From a virus (Duplodnaviria > Heunggongvirae > Uroviricota > Caudoviricetes), in the IMG/VR virus record IMGVR_UViG_3300017987_000047: a stretch of 64,000 bases of DNA. One strand, given 5' to 3'. This document shows positions 19,544-28,689 of the stretch, one piece after another; within the stretch, counting starts at the first letter, position 1, and each line of letters begins with the position of its first letter. Made by a program: the position numbers and the translations under genes. The notes beneath the pieces are model-generated. The model worked only from the letters and a program-made list of their open reading frames with translations. It had not been told where the DNA came from and ran no database searches.

Positions 19544-19934
19544 CTTTTATTTAGTCCCTTTAACCCACAAAGGACCAAATTCAAAGTATTTCCCAGAAAC
19601 AAGGGTTTTGCATCCTGCCATTAGGGTAGACGACGCAATCTACGATCTTATTACTTTTAATTGGGGAAACCACGGTACGTCCGTAATTTCAGATGGGCTT
19701 CGTAAACTTCCCTCAAGGGAACCAGCTGATAGTCCGCTTTGGGATAGATATAAAGTTCCACCTTCTGTTTTTTTAACGAGTATTAGCCAATTTGCAAGAC
19801 ACCTAGCAAAGTCTTATTTAGCAGGAGATATTGACTGGGTTAGGATAGCAATTGAAATTGCTTATAGGGAACTAGGTAGGGAAATGGAATACTTTTTTCA
19901 AAAACTTCATGATAAAGGGGGATGCCTTCCATGA
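19530..19934 (+). CDS. hypothetical protein
   Basis: 134-aa ORF, ATGA coupling to next gene. Confidence 0.6.
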   Translation: MKTVDFYLVPLTHKGPNSKYFPETRVLHPAIRVDDAIYDLITFNWGNHGTSVISDGLRKLPSREPADSPLWDRYKVPPSVFLTSISQFARHLAKSYLAGDIDWVRIAIEIAYRELGREMEYFFQKLHDKGGCLP

Positions 19935-20449
19935 TAAAGAAAAATTTACCGGTCTTAGCGTATCTAATTTTAGCAGCAACTGCGAACATTGTAACAACCA
20001 GAGGGTTTGAGCTTATCGGTCCCTACATCATGCCTATTGTGGCATTTATTTTCATTGGGGTTGATATAACTTTGCGGGATAAAATTCACGAACGGTGGGC
20101 CCGCAAAGGTCTCTGGTGGAAGATGGGATTTTTAATTTGTGGCGGTTCCTTGCTTTCTTGGGTCACCTACCCAGAAGCAGGTCAGGTAGCCTTAGCATCG
20201 GCCTTGGCATTTTGTGGTGCTGGAATTGTGGATACTTTTATCTACCATATAGTAAGAAAGAAATCCAGAAGAGCTGCAATTCATACAAGTAATGTTGGTT
20301 CTGCAGCAATTGATTCACTTATCTTTCCCTTTGTTGCCTTTGGAATTTTAGCCCTTCCGATTATTGCGATGCAATTCGCGGCGAAGGTAGCAGGGGGCTC
20401 AATCTTTGAAGTTGTTTGGCATAGGGTAACTAAGGATTCTTCAAAATGA
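19931..20449 (+). CDS. VUT family (YhhQ/DUF165, queuosine precursor transporter-like) membrane protein
   Basis: Multiple TM helices; DITLRDKIHE and SNVGSAAIDSLIF match VUT motifs. Confidence 0.75.
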   Translation: MIKKNLPVLAYLILAATANIVTTRGFELIGPYIMPIVAFIFIGVDITLRDKIHERWARKGLWWKMGFLICGGSLLSWVTYPEAGQVALASALAFCGAGIVDTFIYHIVRKKSRRAAIHTSNVGSAAIDSLIFPFVAFGILALPIIAMQFAAKVAGGSIFEVVWHRVTKDSSK

Positions 20450-20919
20450 TAACCCTAGCTTCTCTTTTAACTATGGGGCGCGGCGAACATCTCTTTGCTA
20501 AAGAAATAATTCCCATTCTTGGAAAAAACTTCGAGGTTTTTGGGGTGGAAAAAAGGTCAAAGAGAAACTTTAGGGTTTATCTTACAAAATATTTTTGGGT
20601 TGATGTTTCCCCGCAAATTTACGTAGTTTGGAACCGCACTTTGCCCGAATTCCAATACTCTGTTATAACCTACAAGGAAGTTATATATAGGGTCAATAAC
20701 CCTTTTGAACCAGAATATTCCTTTATTCGGGGTTTAGATGAGGTATTACGCGAAATCAAAAATGAATTTAAGTCTAAGTTAAAACGATTTTGGCATTCCT
20801 TTCATTTTAACAGACACCTTAAAAACTCTCTTTTTAATCGGAACCTTAAAAACCCACCTTTCGCTTCTTCCGCCTTATCCCCTTCGTTAAAATTTCTTGT
20901 TGAAAATCAGAGGAAATAG
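20446..20919 (+). CDS. hypothetical protein, paralog A
   Basis: Aligns along its length with 20950..21390. Confidence 0.7.
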   Translation: MITLASLLTMGRGEHLFAKEIIPILGKNFEVFGVEKRSKRNFRVYLTKYFWVDVSPQIYVVWNRTLPEFQYSVITYKEVIYRVNNPFEPEYSFIRGLDEVLREIKNEFKSKLKRFWHSFHFNRHLKNSLFNRNLKNPPFASSALSPSLKFLVENQRK

Positions 20920-20949
20920 GTTTATACTAAAGCAAACCCAGAATATTCA

Positions 20950-21390
20950 ATGGCAATGAAATTAGCAACTTTGTTAACCATGAAACGGCCTGTCGCCCTT
21001 TTCGCAAAGAAGGTAATTCCAATTCTTGGAAAGGATTTCAAGCTTTTTGCGGTAGAGAAGAACGATGAATGTTCACAATTTATCATTTGTTTCACCGAGT
21101 ACTTTTGGGTTGAAATTTTCCCCCAATACTTGATATCCACCAACCCTAATTATATTCTACCGGAATATCAATATATTGTTAAGACTTATAAGGATATTAA
21201 GAATTATGGATATCTAAATTATTCATTGGTTAGAGACCTGGGTAGCGTGCTCCAGGAAATTAAAACAGAATTAAAACCAAAGCAAAAACGATTTTGGCAT
21301 TGTTTTCGTTTTCTCTTTTTTGTTAAAAATTCTGTAAGATGGAAATACGCCAGGGAAGACAAAGTTGTTCCAACTAAGCGAAACCCTTAA
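20950..21390 (+). CDS. hypothetical protein, paralog B
   Basis: LLTM..LFAK..IPILGK.F..F.VEK...FWVE..PQ..PEYQY...KQKRFWH.F.F shared with paralog A. Confidence 0.7.
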   Translation: MAMKLATLLTMKRPVALFAKKVIPILGKDFKLFAVEKNDECSQFIICFTEYFWVEIFPQYLISTNPNYILPEYQYIVKTYKDIKNYGYLNYSLVRDLGSVLQEIKTELKPKQKRFWHCFRFLFFVKNSVRWKYAREDKVVPTKRNP

Positions 21391-21682
21391 AGTCCCTAAA
21401 AATGTCAGAAAACCCGAGAGGCTTATTAACGGGTAGGCCATCATCTATTTCAACTTGAAGAATTTTTCTAACCCGAGGATAAGTTTTTTTCCGGCGAATA
21501 TACCGGGGTTTCACACTAAATGGGTGATCCAGTTGCATTAAAAATTGGTAAACTTCTTCTCCCGAATCAAAGAAAAGGCAAAACCGTTTTCTCTTTGCTT
21601 TTGGGTTCCCAGAAATGCAACCATATTTTTTGTAATCTCTAGATGTTGGTCTTAATTCTACTTCTATTTGTGGTCGTTTCAT
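21374..21682 (-). CDS. hypothetical protein
   Basis: 102-aa minus-strand ORF filling a gap between plus-strand genes. Confidence 0.5.
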   Translation of the reverse strand: MKRPQIEVELRPTSRDYKKYGCISGNPKAKRKRFCLFFDSGEEVYQFLMQLDHPFSVKPRYIRRKKTYPRVRKILQVEIDDGLPVNKPLGFSDIFRDFKGFA

Positions 21683-21790
21683 ATATCACCTTTATTGTGC
21701 CTACCAATTATATACAATTGGATCCTTCGTTTTTCAAGGAAATATCCCTATATATTTTTTAACGGCAGGAATAAAAACAAAGGAGTTAAG

Positions 21791-22318
21791 ATGACTTTCA
21801 TGCCAAATTGTAGAGCCGCCGTTGCCGTACTAATACTACGGCCCTTAGACCAAACAACGGCGACTAATCAATACCTAGCAATCCGCAACGCTAAGCGGGA
21901 TGTTTGGGAATGCCCTGGAGGAAAAATCGAACCGGGGGAAACCCCAACCCAAGCCGCAATCCGAGAAGTAGCAGAAGAAACGAACTTGCGGCTGAATCCT
22001 CAGAAATTACGACTTGAGAGAGTCTACGCCAACCCAACCGAGGATGGACAAACTTTTATAATGTTCTTTTTTCACTATAACATAGGGGAAGAGCTGCATC
22101 AATTAGATTATCTCAAATTAAGCGAGGAACACACTGACTTCTCTTGGAAGAAGTTAACAGACTTGCTAAATCTTAGCCCCGAGGATGCCGCACCCCGGTT
22201 TTTAGACTATATCCGAAGCCACTTTTACGTAAACCGTTCAACCCCGGATATCGATGTGACTCAAAAATCTTGGTATCCGGGCGAAGCCCCAACCGCCGGT
22301 TTTTCGAAAGGGAGCTAA
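21791..22318 (+). CDS. Nudix hydrolase
   Basis: Nudix box GGKIEPGETPTQAAIREVAEETNL; AGGAG RBS. Confidence 0.92.
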   Translation: MTFMPNCRAAVAVLILRPLDQTTATNQYLAIRNAKRDVWECPGGKIEPGETPTQAAIREVAEETNLRLNPQKLRLERVYANPTEDGQTFIMFFFHYNIGEELHQLDYLKLSEEHTDFSWKKLTDLLNLSPEDAAPRFLDYIRSHFYVNRSTPDIDVTQKSWYPGEAPTAGFSKGS

Positions 22319-22320
22319 AA

Positions 22321-23472
22321 ATGATCACAAGCCTCCTCGACAACGATCTCTACAAATACACGATGCAACAAGCGGTGCTTGAACGCTACTACGGCGTTGA
22401 AGTTGAATACCGCTTCACAAATCGGGGGAAACAAAGATTCTCTCCAGAATTCCTTGAGATGTTGAAACAAGCGATCAAGGACATGGAGAAAATTAAACTC
22501 ACCCCGCAAGAGTACGTCTGGTTGCGGGACAATGTTGCGTTCATCAAACCCCAGTATCTTGAGTACCTAAGAAGTTATCGCTTTAATGCCAACGAAGTGT
22601 CTCTTTCCCTTACGGAAGAGAATGATCTTGAGTTGACAATCAAGGGCCCGTGGCATTCAACAATTCTCTGGGAAGTTCCACTGCTTGCCTTAATTAGCGA
22701 ATGCTACTTTAAGACCGTCGACACTTCTTGGGACGCGGAAGGCCAAACAGATAAAGCAAGAAACAAAGCTAAGCGTCTTAAAGACGCAGGATGCCTTTTC
22801 GCAGATTTCGGGACGCGGAGACGTCGCTCCAGGTGGAACCACGCAATTGTCTTGAAGGGACTTAATTCAACCGACGCTTTTGTTGGGACAAGCAACGTCC
22901 TCTTTGCTAAAAAATTGGGCTGTAAGCCAATTGGGACGATGGCACATGAGTTTTGCCAGGCAATGGCTGTGCTAGAAAGCCTAAACCACCCCAATAAGCA
23001 TATGATGAAGAAATGGTACTCTGTCTATAACGGACGGCTAGGAATTGCCTTGACAGATACCTATGGGCTCGAAGCCTTCTTGGGAGACTTTAACCTAAAA
23101 CTTGCTAAGCTCTTTGATGGGGTTCGGCACGACTCGGGATGCCCATTCAAGTTCACAGATCAAATCATTGCCCATTACGAGAGGCTGGGTATTGACCCTA
23201 AATCAAAAACAATTGTTTTTAGCGACGGCCTAAACGTGGACAAAGCCATTGAATTGAATGATTATTGTAAAGGAAGGATCAAATGCTCTTTCGGAATTGG
23301 TACTTTCTTCACCAACGATTTTGAAGAGAGCAAAGCATTAAATATTGTCATTAAACTTTATAAAGCCAATGGAAAGCCCGTTGTAAAATTAAGCGATGAC
23401 CCAGGAAAGGCCATTGGCGAACCTGACGCCGTGCGCGTAATGAAGTGGCTTTTCTTTGGAGAAGCACTTTAA
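22321..23472 (+). CDS. pncB: nicotinate phosphoribosyltransferase
   Basis: DNDLYKYTMQQ, DFGTRRR, GTSNV, GTMAHE, DTYG, GVRHDSG, FSDGL, SFGIGT, KLSDDPGK. Confidence 0.95.
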   Translation: MITSLLDNDLYKYTMQQAVLERYYGVEVEYRFTNRGKQRFSPEFLEMLKQAIKDMEKIKLTPQEYVWLRDNVAFIKPQYLEYLRSYRFNANEVSLSLTEENDLELTIKGPWHSTILWEVPLLALISECYFKTVDTSWDAEGQTDKARNKAKRLKDAGCLFADFGTRRRRSRWNHAIVLKGLNSTDAFVGTSNVLFAKKLGCKPIGTMAHEFCQAMAVLESLNHPNKHMMKKWYSVYNGRLGIALTDTYGLEAFLGDFNLKLAKLFDGVRHDSGCPFKFTDQIIAHYERLGIDPKSKTIVFSDGLNVDKAIELNDYCKGRIKCSFGIGTFFTNDFEESKALNIVIKLYKANGKPVVKLSDDPGKAIGEPDAVRVMKWLFFGEAL

Positions 23473-23575
23473 CCGGAAAGAAGAAAAATGAATCTTGGTA
23501 TTAAAGATATCAGAAAAGCCGATTAAGAAACGATACAGTCTGCTTCCTGGATTAGGCCCTAGCAGGAGAAAAACA

Positions 23576-25366
23576 ATGAAAGTTAAGCTTGGCGAAATCA
23601 ATACTACCCCTAACGACTTTGATGGGAACCGCGACAGTATTCTCACAGTCTTAGAAGAGGCGAAAAAAGAAAATGCAGACCTTACAGTTTTCCCCGAGCT
23701 TGCAATTTGTGGGTACCTTTCAAAGGACCTACTTTACCAAAAAGGGTTCATCCAGAGGAATCTAGAGGCACTGCGTCATATCCAAAATTGGAGTGCTGAA
23801 AACCACGGCATGGCTATTGTTGTTGGCTATGCTAGTTGGAATAACGGGGGAAAAGGCAAGCCCTTTGCTAACATGGCGGCAGTTGTCCGAGATGGAATGA
23901 TTATTGGCACCTATCAAAAACACCTTTTACCGTTCTACGATGTTTTCGATGAAGGGAGATATTTTGAACCTGGGACCAATCTTTGTGTTGTAAATATCGC
24001 CGGGAAAAAATGTGGCATTACGATTTGCGAAGATGTATGGAACGACAAGGGTGCTGATGATTATTCTTACGAGGATAACCCCGTGGGAAGGTACCGCAAA
24101 GTTGGGGTTGAGGTGCTTATTAATATTAGCAGCTCTCCTTTCGCCCAAAGAAAATCGCGGAAAAGGTTTGGGGTGCTGTCTAAAATTCCAACATTAGAGC
24201 CAATTACTGCTCTAATTTATGTTAATCAGCTTGGCGGGCAAGATGAGCTTGTATTTGATGGAAAAAGCTGTATTATAACCCGGAATAGTTCTTTCGTCAC
24301 AGAGGCGCCAGGCCGAAAAGTTGGTGGGGGGATCGAGAGTCAAAAAATTGCCCCAGCGCGGGCCTTAGAAAATATCAGCGGATGGCCGCTAAACGACTTT
24401 GACCGGCCGTACGAAGATATTTATAAAGCAATTATCCTAGGCTTGTCCGATTATGTAAAGAAATCAGGATTTAAGAAAGTTGTTCTTGGGAGTTCTGGGG
24501 GAGTTGATTCCGCCTTAGTTGCTGCTCTGGCAGCCCATGCGGTAGGACCCAAAAACGTTCATTGTATTATGATGCCGGGGCCACACTCAAGCGAAGGGTC
24601 AGTTAAGGACGCACAAAAGTTGCACCGAAATTTAGGATGTGTTGAGCATACGGTTCCAATTCGGGCGGAAGAGGAATTGGGGCATATCAACCAACAGATC
24701 AAACTAAAAAGCCCATATGACCCTATTGCGGATGAAAATATTCAGGCACGACTTCGGGGTCTTACCGTGATGCATTTCTCCAATGCCTATGGTGCTTTGC
24801 CTCTCTCCACCGGAAATAAAACGGAACTTGCAGTTGGGTATTGCACTCTGTATGGTGATATGAACGGGGGTTTTAACCCAATCGGGGACCTCTATAAGCT
24901 TCAGGTCTATCAAGTTGCAGACTTTATCAACGAATATTACAACGCTGGAAAGTATACCCCAGTTATTCCAAAGGAAATCCTACAGAAAGCACCAAGTGCT
25001 GAACTTGCGCCCGACCAAACAGACGAGAAAAGCCTACTCCCCTACGAAATTCTTGATTTTATCGCAATGGCTTATCTTGAATATTATATCGACGATTTCC
25101 AGGAATTCTTCAACTGGGTTGTGTTTGGAACGCTCCAAGAAAAGTATCCTGTCCTGGCTTCTTGGGAAAACCCATTCGTTAAAGTTCGTCTCTGGGTGGA
25201 CGAAAAGGGATCCGAAGAAGAATTCTATAAGATCATTCGGCGTATCGATGCAGTAGAGTTTAAACGGCGCCAGGCAGCGCCCTGTATTAAACTAAGCAAA
25301 GTTTCTTTCGGAACGGGTCGGCGCCTCCCAATCGTCCAAAAGCTCCGTGACATCCCTCACGCGTAG
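23576..25366 (+). CDS. nadE: glutamine-dependent NAD+ synthetase
   Basis: Nitrilase domain (FPEL, QKHLLP, ICEDVW) plus synthetase domain (SGGVDS, NIQARLRG, TGNKTE, KAPSAEL). Confidence 0.95.
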   Translation: MKVKLGEINTTPNDFDGNRDSILTVLEEAKKENADLTVFPELAICGYLSKDLLYQKGFIQRNLEALRHIQNWSAENHGMAIVVGYASWNNGGKGKPFANMAAVVRDGMIIGTYQKHLLPFYDVFDEGRYFEPGTNLCVVNIAGKKCGITICEDVWNDKGADDYSYEDNPVGRYRKVGVEVLINISSSPFAQRKSRKRFGVLSKIPTLEPITALIYVNQLGGQDELVFDGKSCIITRNSSFVTEAPGRKVGGGIESQKIAPARALENISGWPLNDFDRPYEDIYKAIILGLSDYVKKSGFKKVVLGSSGGVDSALVAALAAHAVGPKNVHCIMMPGPHSSEGSVKDAQKLHRNLGCVEHTVPIRAEEELGHINQQIKLKSPYDPIADENIQARLRGLTVMHFSNAYGALPLSTGNKTELAVGYCTLYGDMNGGFNPIGDLYKLQVYQVADFINEYYNAGKYTPVIPKEILQKAPSAELAPDQTDEKSLLPYEILDFIAMAYLEYYIDDFQEFFNWVVFGTLQEKYPVLASWENPFVKVRLWVDEKGSEEEFYKIIRRIDAVEFKRRQAAPCIKLSKVSFGTGRRLPIVQKLRDIPHA

Positions 25367-25386
25367 AGGTAAGAAAGAAGGATAAA

Positions 25387-25899
25387 ATGCAAAGCCGAAT
25401 TGGAGTTTACGCAGGATCGTTTGACCCCATCACAAAAGGGCACCTTGCTTTAATTTCAGTAGGTTCATCTCTGTTTGATGAGCTTATTGTTTTAGTTGCG
25501 AATAACCCTAAGAAAAAATACTTATTCTCTACTACCCAACGCTTACTCCTCGTTAAAGACGCTATTAAGGAAATACAAGAACATATCTTAACAAATGTCC
25601 GGGTCGAGTTGATGGAAGTTGGGTCAACTGCACGACATGCGAAGGCATTGGGGGCAAACTTCTTATTACGAGGGATGCGCAACGGTAAAGATTTTGAGGA
25701 GGAGCGAGAGATAGATTTTATCAATAGGAAGCTTAACCCGGACCTTCAAACAATTTATCTTTTCACTTCGAAGGATCTTGGGGAAATCAGTTCTAGCTCT
25801 GTAAAAGCATTGATGTCCATTTCTGCTCGTGACGTTGTCGAAGAAATGGTAACGAGAAATGTATATAGAGCGCTCTTGGGGGAATTTGAATGTCAATAG
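25387..25899 (+). CDS. coaD: phosphopantetheine adenylyltransferase
   Basis: YAGSFDPITKGH, NPKKKYLFS, LRGMRNGKDFEEE, ISSSSVK. Confidence 0.85.
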   Translation: MQSRIGVYAGSFDPITKGHLALISVGSSLFDELIVLVANNPKKKYLFSTTQRLLLVKDAIKEIQEHILTNVRVELMEVGSTARHAKALGANFLLRGMRNGKDFEEEREIDFINRKLNPDLQTIYLFTSKDLGEISSSSVKALMSISARDVVEEMVTRNVYRALLGEFECQ

Positions 25900-26510
25900 C
25901 ACTTTTTGGGGGTGCCTTTAACCCTGTAACGCTAGGACATCTCCAAACCGCGAAATTCATTCTAGAGCACTGCCCTAGCATCAGCGAAGTCTGGTTAACC
26001 CCTTGTTATAAACACCAATATGGAAAGGGCCTAGCCCCAGATAACCAAAGACTTGAGATGCTCACTTTAGCAACCGCGGAGGAAAAGCATATACAAGTCT
26101 TTGATTACGAAATCGCTTATACCTTGCCGGGGGATACCTATACCTTTTTATCCCGGCTTCTCGTTGATCGGGCCTATGGGGAATTCCAATTTTATATGGC
26201 AATTGGAATGGATAATGCTGCTACCTTTGCTCGATGGTATAGGGCGGAGGAGGTAAAGAAATTAGTTCCTTTCATAATTCTGCCACGAAAGGGGTATGAA
26301 GCCCCACAAAATCCTTGGTATAAGCATGGAGAAGGGAACTTCCACTTAGACTTAACTCGAAAACCCCATCCGCCTATGGAAGTTTCTTCAACACAGGTAA
26401 GAGAAGCTATCGCTAAGCAAGATATCTCATATCTTAAAACCTCGTTGGACTTTAAGGTATTGGATTATATTATAACAAATAAACTTTATGGGCATAACGA
26501 TGGAATTTGA
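25890..26510 (+). CDS. nadD: nicotinate-nucleotide adenylyltransferase
   Basis: FGGAFNPVTLGH, RLEML, IGMD, VSSTQVRE. Confidence 0.9.
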   Translation: MSIALFGGAFNPVTLGHLQTAKFILEHCPSISEVWLTPCYKHQYGKGLAPDNQRLEMLTLATAEEKHIQVFDYEIAYTLPGDTYTFLSRLLVDRAYGEFQFYMAIGMDNAATFARWYRAEEVKKLVPFIILPRKGYEAPQNPWYKHGEGNFHLDLTRKPHPPMEVSSTQVREAIAKQDISYLKTSLDFKVLDYIITNKLYGHNDGI

Positions 26511-26530
26511 TTTTTCAATTAGTTTTAGCG

Positions 26531-26932
26531 ATGAAAAAATTCAAGAGGAAATCGCTTGGAACCTTTCAGAAGCCGCGTCCCTTGACGTCTATGAGGGAAA
26601 AACTCTTCCAGAAAAAAACAGATAAGGTTATAGGAGAAATACGTAAAATGCGTAAAATGCTCTACACGTTAGGACATACTAAAAGCTATCTCCAATATTT
26701 TGAAGAAGATTCGCAACCAATGAAAAAAGGAAGGGATCTCTCAGAAAATTATCCTGGAGGATCCGTTTGGAAAACATTTAAAGAAGCGGAAGCCCATGCT
26801 AAACTGGATCCTGATTTTAGCGTCTTCGGTGTTGATGCTGATTGGGAAAAAGATACAGAACCATCTAAAGAAAAGGATGCTAACTGGAACGATCTTCTAT
26901 TTAATAAACCACTTATTAAATTAGAAATTTAA
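26531..26932 (+). CDS. hypothetical phage protein
   Basis: Lys-rich ORF ending YTLGH...KKGR...YPGGSVW...DADWEKD. Confidence 0.6.
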   Translation: MKKFKRKSLGTFQKPRPLTSMREKLFQKKTDKVIGEIRKMRKMLYTLGHTKSYLQYFEEDSQPMKKGRDLSENYPGGSVWKTFKEAEAHAKLDPDFSVFGVDADWEKDTEPSKEKDANWNDLLFNKPLIKLEI

Positions 26933-27020
26933 ATGATTGAAAAATATTTAACGCATTCAAATCTAGAAGTACGAAAAGTTATTAAAAAATCCTAGAGGAA
27001 GATAGACCAGTGAACCTATA

Positions 27021-28274
27021 ATGTCCGAGTTTCGAAAGGTATCCCTACCCAAAGGAAGAACTGAGATGAAGTCAACACACAAAGCATTTGTCGAGCCAAT
27101 TATTCTAAAGGAGCATCCCAATGCGGATTCCCTTTCGCTTGTAACAATTAAGGAAGTCTGGAATGTAGTTGTTCGGACTGAAGATTGGCAAGGGGTTGAC
27201 CGGGGGGTTTTCATCCAGCCGGATACCCTAGTTCCTGACACAGACCATTTTTCATTCCACTTCAAAAAAACTTACCGTCTAAAGTCTGATAAAAATACGA
27301 GGGTTGCCGCAAGAACAATAGAAGAAGCTTTAGAGCTCCTAACAGAACAAGGGATTACTGTAACGGAGAAAGACCTTGAGACAGTTCTCTCAAATTCTCG
27401 TTATACAATGATGCCTGACGGGACCTCTATAAAAAGGGAAGATGGCGCATACGCGCGTGTCACTGTTAAAAAATTCAGAGGAATTAAATCTTTTGGGCTC
27501 CTGGTTCCAGCCCCAGAAGGAGCCGAGATCGGGGATAATTTAGCAGAGGAGCTCGGGCTCCAACATTACGAAGCCGCAATTAGCGCAGTAGGGGGAGAAA
27601 GCGAACGGGGACCCTCAGGTGTAACAGCTCCAAAATATGACGTTGACGCACTAAAGAATAACATCAAAGCTTTTGAAGAAGGGGAATTAGTTTCGATTTC
27701 TGAAAAAATTCACGGAACTAACGCTCGGTTCTTTTATGGGAAAGACTCTGATGAAGTGGAGAGGATGTTTTGCTCTTCTCATTATCATTGGAAAAAGGAT
27801 TCTCCCGCTTCTGTTTGGTGGCGAGCCCTCCGAGCACACCCCGAAGTTGAGCAATTTTGTAAAGAGAATCCTGACGTCGTAGTCTATGGGGAAGTCTACG
27901 GCAACCCGGTTCAAGGTTCTTACGATTATGGTCTTGACGACGCAGCCGTTGGTATCTTTGTCTTTGATCTTTTCCGGCTTCCAAAAGAAGGGGAGCCTCA
28001 AGGGCATTGGATCGATGTAAAGGAAGCCAGGGCAATTGGAAAAGATCTTCCTTGGGTTCCTTTGATCGCCCATGACGTCCCGTTTGACATGGAAAAAATC
28101 CTAGAGATGGCAGAAGGAAAGTCTACCGTTTCAGGAGTTCGGAAGGGGCATATCCGGGAAGGCGTTGTTGTTCGGCCAATGAAAGAGAGATCGATTACAG
28201 AATTAGGGCGGGTTTGTCTCAAAGTTGTTGGCTTCGGCTACTATGAGAAAAAACATAAAAAGAGAAACAAATGA
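27021..28274 (+). CDS. RNA ligase, DRB0094/Rnl2-like with N-terminal OB domain
   Basis: HPNADSL, motif I EKIHGTN, YGEVYG, FDL, REGVVVRP, LKVV. Confidence 0.88.
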   Translation: MSEFRKVSLPKGRTEMKSTHKAFVEPIILKEHPNADSLSLVTIKEVWNVVVRTEDWQGVDRGVFIQPDTLVPDTDHFSFHFKKTYRLKSDKNTRVAARTIEEALELLTEQGITVTEKDLETVLSNSRYTMMPDGTSIKREDGAYARVTVKKFRGIKSFGLLVPAPEGAEIGDNLAEELGLQHYEAAISAVGGESERGPSGVTAPKYDVDALKNNIKAFEEGELVSISEKIHGTNARFFYGKDSDEVERMFCSSHYHWKKDSPASVWWRALRAHPEVEQFCKENPDVVVYGEVYGNPVQGSYDYGLDDAAVGIFVFDLFRLPKEGEPQGHWIDVKEARAIGKDLPWVPLIAHDVPFDMEKILEMAEGKSTVSGVRKGHIREGVVVRPMKERSITELGRVCLKVVGFGYYEKKHKKRNK

Positions 28275-28588
28275 ATCTAGAATACCTCCTGGGTTTTGAT
28301 GACCTTGAGGAGAATCGTTTCTATTACATCGTCGTAAACAAGGATTCTCTTAAGAATGGTATTCCAAATTTGTTAACCCATAAGAATGAGAAAATCCGGT
28401 GGTGGGTGAAAGTAGAACATAACAAAGTTAACTTCTCGGGGGAGTGGCAACGTCTCTATAAAGAAAAACAGCTTCGGGTTATTTTTGTCGGACACACCCC
28501 TGAGAACGAGAAATCTTTTCAACAGAAGATTACCGATTGTCTCCTTTTGCGGGTACTAAAAGATATGACCGATCGTCTTGAGGCTTAG
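28271..28588 (+). CDS. hypothetical protein
   Basis: ATGA coupling; LLTHKNEKIRWWVK. Confidence 0.6.
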   Translation: MNLEYLLGFDDLEENRFYYIVVNKDSLKNGIPNLLTHKNEKIRWWVKVEHNKVNFSGEWQRLYKEKQLRVIFVGHTPENEKSFQQKITDCLLLRVLKDMTDRLEA

Positions 28589-28689
28589 AAATGTAATAGA
28601 TAATCGCGATTAATTCTCATACCCTGGCCTTTCTTCCCCGACGCAAAAGGGTATAAAAAGAAAGGTTTTTTGGTATGAAGGATTAAAAG

